From Octopus vulgaris (taxonomy: Eukaryota): a stretch of DNA of 64,000 bases. The stretch covers positions 49,228,001 through 49,292,000 of the forward strand of contig OX597831.1 in the NCBI GenBank assembly GCA_951406725.2. The letters are read 5' to 3'. The notes below the pieces were generated by a model, which saw only the letters and a list, made by a program, of their open reading frames with translations, did not search any database and was not told the DNA's origin. Made by a program: the position numbers and the translations under genes. Shown here one piece after another: positions 16,968 to 31,430 of the stretch. Numbering within the stretch: position 1 is the first letter of the stretch; each line of letters opens with the position of its first letter.

Positions 16968-17216
16968 TGCGCCCTTTTTAAAGCCTAGCCAGGCTCATGG
17001 GCCCAGTTTCCCGGTTTCTATGGCGTATGTGTTCCCTAGCTGGACGGGACGCCAGTCTATCGCAGCGTTACTCATTTTTGCCAGCTGAGTGGACTGGAAC
17101 AACGTGAAATGAAGTGTTTTGCTCAAGAACACAACGCGTCGTCCGGTCCAGGAATCGAAACCACAATCTTATGATCATGGTGCTGACACCCTAACCACTA
17201 AGCCACGCGCCTCCAC
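16968..17216 (-). mobile_element. SINE family B, full length
   Basis: Minus strand reads GTGGAGGCGCGTGGCTTAGTGGTTAGGG (A box) ... GGTTTCGATTCC (B box) ... CCACTCAGCTG ... GCGATAGACTGGCGTCCCGTCCAG. Confidence 0.88.
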
Positions 17217-17227
17217 ACAACGACAAT

Positions 17228-17263
17228 TGGAGAATCCGGGTGTCGATCCCGGTACCGCTCGCA
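17228..17263 (-). pseudogene. 3' half of tRNA-Ala (fragment)
   Basis: Minus strand TGCGAGCGGTACCGGGATCGACACCCGGATTCTCCA matches the 3' half of eukaryotic tRNA-Ala, including the GGGATCGA T-loop. The 5' half is absent. Confidence 0.7.
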
Positions 17264-17649
17264 CCTTGTGTGTTTAGCTTATGTATAAATCAGGATTCGA
17301 TTAAATATGTCAAAGAACAGTTATAGGACCAAATAGATTAGTAGACGTATTGGAAGTCTCAAAGGAAAAGCGCAAGAGTCATTGGGCAAAGTAGAAGATC
17401 ATTGAGGATTTTTTCAAAAGAAAATATGCCACATTCTATGTAAATTAGAGACATTTATTCATTTAATCAATAAAAATTAATCTATAATTTGTCAGCTGTT
17501 ATTCGACAAAATCATTAAAACAGAACTACACTGATTTCAATCTTTTCAAATTTTAAGTGTAAGTCACTAATGTATTTTAAATATATATGGATTTGCAAAT
17601 TTAAATAAATCGATGTATGTTAAACCATCATTATTAATAATAAATAAGA

Positions 17650-17860
17650 CGGCGCGCTGGAAGAATCGTTAGCACGCTGGGAAAAATGCTTAGCAGCATT
17701 TCACCCATCTTTACGTCCTGAGTTCAAATACCATCAACGTCGACTTTGCTTTGCATCCTTTTGGGAACGAGAAATTAGATATTAATCGGGCACTAGGATC
17801 AATGATATCGACTTACTCCTCTCACGAAATTGCTGGCCTTGTACCAAAATTTGAAACCAT
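17650..17860 (+). mobile_element. SINE family D with target-site duplication
   Basis: GGCGCGCTGGAAGAATCGTTAGC...GAGTTCAAAT...TTGAAACCAT; TTAATAATAAAT occurs on both sides. Confidence 0.85.
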
Positions 17861-18319
17861 TCTTAATAATAAATCATATCTTGGACTAGGTAGTTAGTAT
17901 TGACGTTTTTATTCAGTGAATATTAAGTGTACATAAGTATACAGTCCTATAAAAGGAAACAATTATCTTTATATATGTGTGTGTATGTGTGTGTATGTGT
18001 GTGCATGTGGGTGATAGTGTGTATTTATAACTGTCTGTACATGCGAATGTTTGTACACACATATATTAATATTTATTTATATGTATGGATCTCTGTATAT
18101 AATCATATGCGTGTGTGTATACAGACATGTATTTATATGTATGAGTTTATGTATCTATCTATATATGAAAATATATTTGTAAATATGCATATATGCATAA
18201 ACATTTAATGTGTGCATATAATTTATATATGTGTATATATGTATTTATGAGTATATATACATATATATATATGTATATACGTATACACAGATACAAATAT
18301 ACATATGTATATACATAAG

Positions 18320-18770
18320 CACCGTAAATCTTCGAGTATAGTCCGCCCTTGAGTATAATACGCAGGCGATTTTTAGGGGGCTGTACTTCTGAAAAACCTA
18401 AACCTTGTGTATAATACGCACACTATCTCTAACTTGAGTCGTGCGTAATTGAGCCAGCTTACCTAGTTGAACAAACAATTCCGCGCATGCGTAATACAGT
18501 AATGGTGATGTTCTTAACTGTTGTATGGGAATGTAAATATGTTTGAAAATTGTTTTTGTTACATGTTATTTTGTGTTCTGAATACTTTTATTTTAATAAA
18601 TGTTGCTTACTGCAAAATGCGTCTGAATAAACATTGCCGGACAGCAAATAGAGACTCGGGCATTGCTTAGAAATAGTTTTCATTTTTAACCCCGTATATA
18701 GTACGCACTAGGGATTTTGACCTTTCAATTTTGGGAAAAAAGTGCGCATTATAATCGAGAATTTACGGTA
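18320..18770 (+). mobile_element. Complete MITE with ACCGTAAAT...ATTTACGGT terminal inverted repeats (Tc1/mariner-Tigger-like)
   Basis: Left end ACCGTAAATCTTCGAGTATA, right end TATAATCGAGAATTTACGGTA; non-coding; second copy at 1395. Confidence 0.82.
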
Positions 18771-19179
18771 TATGTGTTTATATGTATACTTGTATGTGCA
18801 TATATATATATGTCTGTGTGTATGTGTGTGTGCGCGCGCGTTCTTGTATATGTATATATGATCTTTTTTGTCCAGTTCGGCTTCCTTAATTTATATTACT
18901 TCACATATGACTTAATGTCACAGGTCTGTCTGTGTTTAGCCCAATACTGTTTGGTGCGACCCGTTTGGTTGATAGTCATCTTAGAGGTGTATCCATTGGG
19001 AACCGGAAATCCTGAAAGCATACATATAAATATGATAATAATATAGTCAGATAATAATTGTAAAGGTAATGAAACGATAATGATAGAGAAAATAGCATAA
19101 AAAGGTACACACACACACACACGTTAATATTGAACGGTGAGAATGAGTGCTCAACACCGCATTGGTGGTTAAATATTTT

Positions 19180-19370
19180 TTATTTGTTGGTTAAGAAGGC
19201 TGCCATCAGTTTCATGCTGAAAATTTTCCTCAGTTATCAAGACTTTCAAGCGGGGCGTTGCCACTCCATCCAAGATTGAAACAAGTACCGACATCTTGTG
19301 TGGAAGGTTTGATTATTGATGAGAATTCTCAGCGTGAAACGAATGTCAGGCTTGTCAACCAACAAATATA
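19180..19370. mobile_element. Inverted pair of PLE pLTR-like fragments with hammerhead-like cores
   Basis: Arms about 19180-19248 and 19303-19368. CTGAGGA...GAAAC on the minus strand and TTGATGA...GAAAC on the plus strand. Confidence 0.55.
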
Positions 19371-19999
19371 CATACATACATACATACATACATACATACA
19401 TACATACATACATACATACATACATACATACATAATACATACATACATACATACATACACACACACACTCACACACACATATATATATATATATATGTAT
19501 ATAAAAAATTAGAAAAAAAACACCTTTTATTAATTCAAAATGAACAAAATTTTTTCTAATTTTTTTCTAATTTTTTATGTATATATTATATTGTGTGAAA
19601 TTTGATTTAGTGTTTCTAAATTGTATTTTTTCCTTGTAAGCTTGGATTTTATTCCCTCAAATAATAATTATATATATGTATATGTATATCTTTTAAATTT
19701 GTTCATGGGAAACGTTTTGAATATGCATTAAAATGTTTATAAATTCCATCCAAGGACTATTATTATTACTACACACACACACACATGCACACACACATAC
19801 ACACACGCGCAGGCACGCACACACATACACATATTTATATACGTATACTCACGAACGAATGAAAGGTTATGATTTTAAACAAGTTTATTATCATTCTCTA
19901 TAGTCCATTTTTGCATCAGTTACACCCCGCCCAAGCAAATTATACCAACATCTGTATCTTCGATAGTACAACATTCTTAGCAACACAACATTCTTTCTA

Positions 20000-21213
20000 T
20001 TGGGTTGGCAACTAAGGTTTAATAAAAAATAACAACTAATTAATCAATAATGCATTCACCCTTGTTGTTTACAACTTCTTCCCAGAATTCACCCGATTTC
20101 GACTTGAAAAACTGATCCAACCAAGGTCTCAATTCTACATCAATATTGAACGAAACTCCGCGCATTGCATTTGAAAGAGATCGAAAGAGATGGAAATCCG
20201 TTGGTGCCAAATCAGGAGAGTGCGGCTGGTGTTGCAGCACTTCCCAGCCATGCATTTGAATGGCTTCCTTGGTCATATTGGCGATATGAAGGTCGGCGTT
20301 GTCGTGCAGCAGAATAACTCCATGCTGCCGATTAGGTCCTTTCTCTTGAATAGCCGTGTTGAGTCGTTCCACTTGTTGAACATAGAGTTCCGCGTTGCGA
20401 TTTTGGTTCCGTTCAAGCAATTCGTAATGGATAATCCCTTTCCAGTCACACCATACGAACAACATCGTTTTACACGGATGAAGATCTTGTTTCACGCGCG
20501 GTGTCGCTTGTTTACCGGGGCTAAGCCATTCCTTACGCTGCTTCATATTGATGTACAGGCACCATTTTTCGTCGCCAGTAAAGATTTAGCAAGGAAATCG
20601 TTGCTTGTGTCCATGAGTTGAGCGGTGACGAGCAAGTAAACCAGCGGAGATTGTGGCTCGTTGATTTTTGTTGTTGTCACTTAAAGCATACAGAACCCAT
20701 GCTTCATACTTCTGAACCTTTCCCATCGGGTGAAGATGCTTCTCTATAGCAGTGTGGGAGCATTCCATTTTCTCTGCCAGCTCCCTTGTCGTTTGACGAG
20801 AATTTTCGTGCAAAAATTGGTTTAATCGGTCTTCATCGAGCTCAACTGGACGGCTAGAACGAGGTGCGTCTTTGAAGTCAAAATTTCCATTTTTGAACTT
20901 GGCATACCAATCACGAGCGGTTCTTTCAACTAAGGCATCCTCTCCATACACAGCACAAATGTCGCAAGCAGCTTTTGCGGCCTTAGAACCTTGATTAAAA
21001 GCAAAAAGGAGGTGTTGAAAATGCTCGTTTTTCTTAACTTGGCATTCCATTTTAATGATCCGAAAATAAACAAATATTAACTAAAATTAACTGGAAAAAA
21101 AACAACAACAAAAAACAAAATAGATTCCAAAATGATTCAAAAATAGAATTCTAGAAATAAATAATTTCCAAAATAAAAAAAAAAAAACGGCAGAAACTTA
21201 GTTGCCAACCCAA
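20000..21213 (-). mobile_element. Near full-length mariner transposon with frameshifted DD34D transposase
   Basis: TIRs TTGGGTTGGCAACTAAG / CTTAGTTGCCAACCCAA flanked by TA. ORFs 20586..21050 (HTH region, WVLYAL) and 20040..20546 (LHDNA, HSPDLAPTDFHLF); TGDEKW lies between them. Confidence 0.95.
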
Positions 21214-21814
21214 TACATAGGTAATTACAATCACAATTCTGTCAATACCTATTGAATGAAAAATATGCAGAAATGGTTGTTTGTAGACCATTATCCCATA
21301 CACAAGAGAAGCTGAGACTCCACAGACAATGATAAAGCCAATTGGATTGGTATTTGCTCTTATAGACAGCCCTGTTTGATAAAAGATTATGGAGAGTAGC
21401 ATAAGTGATAAGCTGGAAGGGCAACTAATATATTATACGTTCATTGTACCTAATGTATTGTAATCTATTACTTTGTTCATAGAGCCAACCTAGCTACGAA
21501 TGCGATTTCAGTAATCAAATTAATGGCCCTGCTAAACCTAATGCCCTGAGAAAGATTTCATATATCAATGCAAAATTCAAGTGACATGTAGCAAGTATAC
21601 AGGAATTACTTCAAACCGTTTGAAGCACCTTACAACCTTTACACCCACATGTTTCATAACATGAAAGTAGAGACATATTGTTATCCTCTTATATGTGGAC
21701 TTTAAAAAGTAGACTCGTCGTATAATATCAAATGCAACATCATCAAGACCTGGAACTTATTACAAAAACAGAACACCATGCGATTTATGAAATTATGCCT
21801 TTATGAAATTATGA

Positions 21815-22148
21815 AATTATATATATAAGTGTATATATACACTTATATATATGTATATATATATATACATATACATATATACATATACATATATGTATAT
21901 ATATATATACATATATATATGTGTATATATATATGTATATATGCATATATACACATATACATGTATATATATTTGTATATATAAGATGCATATATCTATT
22001 TATACATATATATATGTATATATTTATACATATATTTACATATGCGTATATGCATATATAAATATATGCATATATACACACACATATATATATATACGTA
22101 TGTATATATATATATATACATACGTATATATATATACATATATACATA

Positions 22149-22193
<45 letters not shown>

Positions 22194-22315
22194 GTATACA
22201 CGTATATATATACATATGCATATATATACATATATATACATATATATACATATAAATATATATACATATATCTATATCTATATATATACGTATATATATA
22301 TATATATATACATAT
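21815..22315. repeat. Degenerate (TA)n/(TACA)n array
   Basis: Directly visible. Confidence 0.9.
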
Positions 22316-22649
22316 GGCGGTGCCCCAGCATGGCCACAGCTCATGAGCTGAAACTAGATAAAATGAAAAATGAAACTGATATACATACATATATATCTAC
22401 ATGTATACATATACATCTATACAGATACATCTATGCATAAACATATAAATATACTTTTATTTGTGAGCTTTATTTAATAACCAGTTGATCTAGTAAGCGG
22501 GGCCTCATATGAGTGAGGGGAGCCGGTGCGCATTGATGCCGTAGAGAAGTAGGCCCCGAAACGGCGCGCATTCTCTCCTGACGACCCCATACACTTGCTG
22601 GCCTCTGGTATGCGAAGTTCTCGATTGGTAGCACTTGCATGTGCAAGTT

Positions 22650-22684
<35 letters not shown>

Positions 22685-22729
22685 AGTGCTAATTCTTTAT
22701 AGCGTCCAGTTCATTTGTTATATTTTGTC

Positions 22730-22786
<57 letters not shown>

Positions 22787-22789
<3 letters not shown>

Positions 22790-22993
22790 CGTCGCCATGA
22801 TAGATCGTTAGCCACTACACACATATTTTCTCTCCCTTTTTTTTCTCTCCTTGTTTTTTCTGTCTCCCTTTCTGTAGAAGAGTGTAGGTTCGAAACGTAA
22901 AAGACTTTTTCTATTCCTGAGCGTTATACTAATACATTTGTTTGCTTTGTACACCACCTGTCTTCGTCTTTTGTTTTTTTCGTAAACTGTCCC
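22787..22993 (+). mobile_element. About 200-bp PLE-type insert in (TA)n with a hammerhead-like motif (family H1)
   Basis: CTTT-CTGTAGA-A-GAGTGTAGGTTC-GAA-ACGT-A-AAAG at 22868-22903; related copy at 28295-28408. Confidence 0.65.
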
Positions 22994-23688
22994 TATATAT
23001 ATATATATATATATATATAGGTGACAAAATATAATAAACGAACTGGACGCTATAAAAAATTAGCACTGCCACTGCAACAACCCATGATTCCAGATTTCTT
23101 CTCTACTTCACTAGACTTTGTTAACGATCAACCGCATTGCCCTCTTTCCTGCCACTAATCTGAAATAAAACAAAACGAAAAGAAAGACGACCCAACAAAC
23201 TGTACTTAAATTTAGTGCGTGTGAACGCATCGGTACATTTGATAGTTGCCCGAGGGTAGCACGGGTGGAGGGCCCAATCTAATTTCTGTACGCTCTGACT
23301 TTCTGTGAATAAATATAATATTATAGGCCCCATTGTATTGCTTTGCCCGAAGCCTAGAATGCTTTTAAGATAGCCCCGCTTCGGCTACTTACTCACTATA
23401 TTACAATTTGATTTGGAGCTGTAGAAATGGAAGAAAGAAAGTTTAATCAATAAGAAAAAATATAACCCAATAAACCTGGATACTACATTTTTTGTGGTGA
23501 AAATATAGTATTGATGGTGGTGAGTGATAGTTAATGGGAAGTTGTATAATAATAATAATAATAATTTCTTTTTTTTTTGTTTTGCATTTCGTGAAATGCA
23601 TTAGCGATGTAAGTGAAGCGAAATCTTTAATTATATATTTAGTTTTGAATCACTAAATGTTTTGTTGCTAGCCATGCTGTATTACTGA

Positions 23689-23814
<126 letters not shown>

Positions 23815-24220
23815 GGAGAGTAAAGGAACATGAATATTGGTGGACTAAAATGTGCTAGCAGCAATTGTACTTATATGTTCTGCATTCGATTGCAGAGATA
23901 GAATATAGAAAAGCGAAAACACTCTTGTACGCTGTATTAAAAAATCAGGTAAAACAAAGCAGTTGACTCCAAATTCAAATTCAATATAGAATATTATAGA
24001 AAATCACTAAGAATTTCATAAAGAACAGCGCCAGATACAATCGGTTTATTGATGCAAATGGAGTTATATGTTTTACAATATTATCAATAAGAATTAGTTA
24101 TTAATCAGTTCACTGAATATGCTCTTTTCATCGATTCACGAAGAATACTTATCAGAAACATTGAAATAAATACAACAGAGTAAAGTGCACGAATTCCTTA
24201 AAACGTACATATGCACACAC

Positions 24221-24312
<92 letters not shown>

Positions 24313-24783
24313 GTTGAAAACTTTTGGTAGAAAGTTTGTCGTGAATACAGATGTGGGTTCGTGTCTCACCGGTACCTTCGAAGTTTTCTATTCAAAAGGA
24401 TTCTTCAACTCAATATTTACAAGCTATTCTTTATAGTTTGATGTGTGTGCTTTGAGATATACAATTCCAAAAATCAATTATTTCACGGTCTCTTGAAAGT
24501 TTACAAAATCCCTATGCCGTCAATACACACACATACACAAACATTATACCCCCATACACACATAATATATAGCATAATATGAGCATTAACGTTGCTCATT
24601 GGAGAATTTCAAAAAACCACTGACTAGTTCACTGCATTTGCCATGACGAGACTAGCAAGAAAGAATCAGTGCAATTCGAGTGGAACTACCGTAGAGTATT
24701 ATTTTGCTGAAAAGAACTGTTTTATCGGTTTTCCTTCTCTTTTTACATATTTCAACAATATACACCAGTGAAAGATACACATA

Positions 24784-24947
24784 GGCACAGGAGTGGCTGT
24801 GTGTTAAGTAGCTTGCTAACCAACCACATGGTTCCGGGTTCAGTCCCACTGCGTGGCATCTTGGGCAAGTGTCTTCTCTATGCTATAGCCCCGGGCCGAC
24901 CAATGCCTTGTGAGTGGATTTGGTAGACGGAAACTGAAAGAAGCCTG

Positions 24948-25025
<78 letters not shown>

Positions 25026-25249
25026 GTGTGTCTGTGTGTCTGTGTTTGTCCCCCTAGCATTGCTTGACAACCGATGCTGGTGTGTTTATGTCCCCGTCAC
25101 TTAGCGGTTCGGCAAAAGAGACCGATAGAATAAGTACTGGGCTTACAAAGAATAAGTCCCGGGGTCGATTTGCTCGACTAAAGGCGGTGCTCCAGCATGG
25201 CCGCAGTCAAAGGACTGAAACAAGTAAAAGAGTAAAAGAGTAAAGAGTA
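24784..25249 (+). mobile_element. SINE family A, full length
   Basis: tRNA-like head with A/B boxes, TCTTGGGCAAGT, internal (TA)n, tail TAAAAGAGTAAAAGAGTAAAGAGTA. Confidence 0.92.
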
Positions 25250-25502
25250 TACATACATACGCACGCATGCAAACACACGCATACTTGCTCACATACATAC
25301 ATACGGATGCACCTACATACATGCATGTAATTCGAGGCCTTCCGCACAGTTTCGGTATACCAGATTCCGCTTAAAAAATATTACTCAGCTCGGAGCTACA
25401 TCACTGTGACGCGACCTTCTTAATCTCACAGCCGTGTCAACATTAGGATACATATGTATACATATCAATATGTATGTATATGTGTGTATGCATGTTGGCA
25501 TG

Positions 25503-25536
<34 letters not shown>

Positions 25537-27100
25537 TGTATGTATGTATGTATGTATGTATGTATGTATGTGATGTGTGCGTATGTATGTATAAGTGTGT
25601 ATATGATTGTGTGTAATTTTATTAACTGTTTAACTCAGTTTTGGGTTAATCAATGTTTCACAGATCTACAAAGAGGTACAAATTACGTCTGGATCAGAAA
25701 CTTGGATACTGCGTGGTGAAACGGTGGCTTTACTGTTGCTAATTAAAGTTGATTGCAAAGCGAGGTTCGTCCACTGACCAATACGAGTTACGTGGTTGAA
25801 TCGGCACTTTGGCAACGACTAAATATTGTAAAGACTTGTAATCAGCTGATGAATGGGAGGCACATTATTCACAATGGGTGAGGTTAATCTCCATAGCTTT
25901 CGTTGGCAATTTCAATAAAATAAATATCAGTTAAGATCTCTGCAGTAGTCTTCACAGCTTACGTCTTAAATTTAGCTAGCAGAGAGGTCCGTTGGTGGCA
26001 TTAGTATTATAGTTAAGTTTTCTTGTTAGTTTCGTGTATATTTTCTCTTTAGTGATTATGTTTGAAGTTATATTACGCAGATTATTTCCCCAGTATCGGA
26101 GCAGCAAGATGAAGCAGGATGGAGTAGTGAAATTTCCCCTGTCCATAGATCTGAAAGCGGTTATATACCGAAGGAACCTTTTCTTGAATTAATAAGTTGC
26201 AAGTCCTATATAGTTACTCTAGATACTATCATGTAGAGAAAGAAAATTTCTTCACTATTTAAGAGGAATATGAATAAAAACTAATTTGGTTCAATCCTTC
26301 ATTGAATTCGAGATATTTCCAAGAGCATAGAAACGTTTTACACCCAGTTAGGCAATGCATCTCAAGTGCATATAAATACATTAGCTTTTTAATGCGCACG
26401 ATGTTAAGGTTAGATATTCGTGTATGGAGATAGTTGCCACCAGTAGCACACGATACAACAGACGAAAATATACACGCACACAGACTCTGCCTCAGACAAT
26501 TGTCGAAATCAATCCAGCGGTGCAAAGACAGGATTTTGCCTTTTTCAGACACTGCTATGGGTTGACTCCTATTTCGCTGATTTACAGATTCAAACATATC
26601 AATTGGCCAGTGACTGACTTGTTATTCAATGAAAATAAACCTTATTTCTAAAACGTGATTGTTTCACCACTAAATGTTAAATGATAGGAACGACGCGGTG
26701 TTTTTCTTTGTTTCTGTGATATTTCTAGTAATGCGAATCTGAGTCAAACTGTTAATAAAAATATATAAACTCAGGGAACATATGATCACAGATCTTTTTA
26801 CTATATTTGTACATCTATTTGTGTGTGCGCGCGAGTGTATATATTTGTAGACGTCATAACGATTTAGTAACTTCGAGAGAAAGTGAAATAACTTGTTTTT
26901 GGTGCGGTGGGCCTCGAAGCAGGTAATGTTTTAAATAATAGTGTGTAAATATTAGGTTATTTAGACGTTACACATCTTATCTCCTGCGAGTTTCACTGTT
27001 CCAAAAAGAATATATATATATATATATGTGTGTATGTGTGAGTGAGTGTGTGTGTGTATGTATATACGTATATATATATATGTGCGTGTGTGTGTGTATA

Positions 27101-27380
27101 CAGTGGCGGACTGGCCAGGTTGCCAGCTTGCCCGATGGCAAGTGGGCCCCTGCGCTATTAGAATCCATATATGAGAGTCCATGTTAATATCTATGGGGCC
27201 CATCTCCTCAAGTTTGAGGATTTAAAAAATTCACTCCTGGAAAAATGCATTAATTATTTCAGTCTGGCTGTGTATGTAAACAGTTGAAAGGAATACTTAA
27301 AAAAAAAAAATTATAGCATTGGAGTTGCGGGCGGGTCCCTTAGTCTCCTGGCAACCAATATATTTATATATACGCCACTG
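27101..27380. mobile_element. hAT-like MITE
   Basis: TIR CAGTGGCG / CGCCACTG. The 8-bp flanks TGTGTATA and TGTATATA match at 7/8, although in low-complexity sequence. Confidence 0.7.
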
Positions 27381-27390
27381 TGTATATATA

Positions 27391-28246
27391 CAGGGCGTGA
27401 TGGATAAGCTGTTGCCATTTTATATTTTAAATTTCACGCATGCGCATTCTTTGTTTTTAATTTTGTCGACTACACACTGTAATAGAGTCAGTTGGTCACC
27501 GTCTGTAAGAAAAACAGCACCATGACGCAATTCACTCTGCCAGAAATTTGGAAACGCGATGCTGTACTACTTGGCATTCGCACCAGAAGCTCCAGTACGA
27601 ACATTTTAGACTGCTTGGGTGTCAATCTGAGAACATGTACTGAGAGTGATAAAAATCAAACATCAAGTTAGCATCATGGTGTTTGGAGTGACCACCAGTG
27701 ATGGCGACGTTATCTCTCCATTCATCTTGCCCGCACGGCCTCAGATTCAACACGGAGACCTACATCGAGTGCCTGAAGGAGGTAGTGCTGCTCTGGGTCA
27801 AGAGGGTGGTTGCTGGAAGACCCTATGTCTGGCAACAGGACTCTGCACTATGCCACACAAGCAGAACCCAGACATGGCTGTCAGACAATTTTTGCGACCA
27901 CATCACCCCTAACATCTGGCCACCTAACTCCCCAAACAGCAACTCCCATGATTATTATGGGAGTTGAGTGAGAAACCAATAAAACTCTTTGTAACACCAA
28001 AGATGAACTGAAGGCAAGGATTATGGCAGCATTCACCAACTTAAACAAGATGACCGCCCATAAGAGCTGCGGGGAGATTCCGAAGTCGTCTGGAGGCCGT
28101 GGTTGAAGCCAATGGCGATTTTATTGAATAAAAATTTTACTCTGTAGTATTTCAAGATATTTTGATGTAATTTTGGTAAATATGTCTGTTAAAATGAGAT
28201 GTCAACATTTTTAAAAATTTAAACGACTGTTTATTCACTGCACCCA

Positions 28247-28247
<1 letters not shown>
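27391..28247 (+). mobile_element. Internally deleted Tc1/mariner element, probably maT/DD37D-like
   Basis: KHQVSIMVFGVTTSDG and VWQQDSALCH...WPPNSP motifs. Imperfect TIRs CAGGGCG... / ...CACCCAG flanked by TA. Confidence 0.82.
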
Positions 28248-28294
<47 letters not shown>

Positions 28295-28297
<3 letters not shown>

Positions 28298-28408
28298 TCA
28301 AATTTACCGAAAATAAAAGACGAAGACAGCTGAAGGAAAATCAAGCAAGTGTATTAGTTGAGCGTTCCGGACGTTTCAAGCCTACACTCTTCGACAGAAA
28401 GATTGAGT
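28295..28408 (-). mobile_element. Family H1 PLE-type insert in (TA)n, partial
   Basis: Minus strand CTTT-CTGTCGA-A-GAGTGTAGGCTT-GAA-ACGT ... CTAATACA ... CTGTCTTCGTCTTTT matches 22868-22975. Confidence 0.65.
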
Positions 28409-28413
28409 GTGTG

Positions 28414-28468
<55 letters not shown>

Positions 28469-28668
28469 TATATACACATACATATATATTCATACATACA
28501 TATACATACATATATATATACATATACATATATATATATATATACATATATGTATACATATATACATATACATATATATGCATATATATATGTATACAAA
28601 TATACATATACATATATATGCATATATATATATGTATATATATATATGTCTCTATATATATATGCGTA

Positions 28669-28734
<66 letters not shown>

Positions 28735-29704
28735 CACACACGCATATTCGTGTATGTATTTCTATGTTTGGATACATACACGCGCACCAATACACGCGTA
28801 TGTATGTATGTATGTATGTATGTATGTATGTATGTATGTATATATGTATTAATATACACAGCAATACAGTCATGCACAAAATGTAGAGAGCAAACACTTC
28901 GTGTAGTTTTTGTTTTCAAATATTGAAGCCCCTGTACCACTGTATAATAACTCACTTGACCAAATCTCTCTAGTGAGTAAATTACAACACCGACAGTGAA
29001 ACTAATTAACTTTATTTTAAAAATTGCAATAAATTAAGACATAAAGACATGTAGATACACTCTTTGATTTCACATGTGTTTGTAAAATGTGTGCAAATGT
29101 AAGATACGATGCTGACCCTGAACGCAAAACTCAGCAGGAAATAGTTTTCCCTATAAGAAATTAGTAAAAAAACTTTGAAACCGTAATATGGAAATATATT
29201 TAAAAAGAACTTCTGTAAAAAGTCAGTGTTGAAAGATTGGAGATTGTCTTGTTAAAACTGATATTTTTTGCATCAGATTTAAGAAACACTTCAGGATATT
29301 TTATGTGCGCAGTCCCTTGACTACAAAGCAATACAAACAGCTTTTTTACTGAAAAGAAATCTAAAATAAAACAACTTTTGAATTTGACGTAAAAAGAAAA
29401 TTGCGTAAAAGTCAAATACGTTGAGAGAACTCTGTTATGTTATTGGTCTCAAAAGTGATATTTTAAGGTCGTGAGGAAATAAGCAATTTCTATTTTCATT
29501 TTAATATGACGTCTTAGTATAGAAAAAATAACAAAAAAAAAAAACATAAAAGAGCAGAAAGAAAATAAATATTGTTTTTCCAGCGACACTTAATAGACAC
29601 CAAGTTGAGCGACACAAAATGTGTCAAAGGTTAGCACGGTCTTTTGAGTTACGACAGATGTATCGTTCAATTTCCATGGTCGTTTCTGTGCACATTTTTA
29701 GTCT

Positions 29705-29929
29705 CTACTCTTTTACTCTTTTACTTGTTTCAGTCATTTGACTGCGGCCATGCTGGAGCAAGCCTTTAGTAGAGCAAATCGACCCAGGACTTATTCTTTG
29801 TGAGCCTAGCACTTATTCTATCGGTCTCTTTTGCCGAACCGCTAAGTTACGGGGACTTAAACACACCAGCGTCAGTTGTCAAGCGATGTTGGTGGGGACA
29901 AACACAGACACACAAACATATACACACAC

Positions 29930-29988
<59 letters not shown>

Positions 29989-30108
29989 TATACGACGGGC
30001 GTCTTTCAGGCTATAGTAGAAGACACTTGCCCAAGGTGCCACGCAGTGGGACTGAACCCGGAACTATGTGATTCGTAAGCAAGCTACTTGCTACACAGCC
30101 ACTCTGCC
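29705..30108 (-). mobile_element. SINE family A with an internal deletion
   Basis: Same head and tail as the 24784 copy. Confidence 0.88.
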
Positions 30109-30899
30109 TCTGTTTCATAAATTATTAATTTTGATGTTTACACATACACACACGCACATACACGTGCGGGCACACACTCACTCACACACACACACACACG
30201 CGCGCACACACGTGCACACACACACATGCACACAGATATATGAAAAAATGCAAATAAAATGAGTAAGATTATGAGGCAAGGAGGAGGCAAAGAAAAATTA
30301 TACGCAAAGTCAGTCGATCGTAACACCTGACTGAAAAGTGTAGAATTATAAAGCGTAAAATGCAACAATGGACAAAGTGTACAATGAAAATAAATTCACT
30401 AAGAAAGAAACAGAAGGAAATTTAATAGTTCGGATAACATTCTTTCCTCAAGAAAAGATAAAGCAATAGGAGAAGCAAGAGAAAGTGAAAAAAAACGTTC
30501 GAGTTTAGGGCGTTTGTTTACATGATTTCTACGGTGTTATATATGTATATACACACATATGTACATGTTTAATATTTGTAGTTCTGTTGGTGTAGACGAT
30601 CTCCATCTGTTTGGGCGACAGCTACTTTGCATTGTCCCAGTTATCATTACCTTCTGGAGCATAGGTTCTTTTGGAGGGCTGAGCTTTCCTCTGCAGTAAG
30701 CATTTGAAGTGGGTGACCGGCAGGGTATTTTCTCATCGACACTGTTTATATTTTTACAAATGTCAAAAGTCAAGACTAAATTCATTAAGGAGCTTTCCCT
30801 TTCCCTTTTCTAATATCCACAGTATCCGATCCAATCTAAACCAAACACGTCACCTCTTACATGCAAACCAAATATTATATTCCTCTCTGAAGTAATATA

Positions 30900-31430
<531 letters not shown>

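Noticed and set aside
25620-26700. Apparently unique sequence with ORFs 26259..26597 and 26424..26651 as a possible host exon
   Set aside because: No recognisable domain and no convincing splice structure; small exons cannot be excluded without transcript data.
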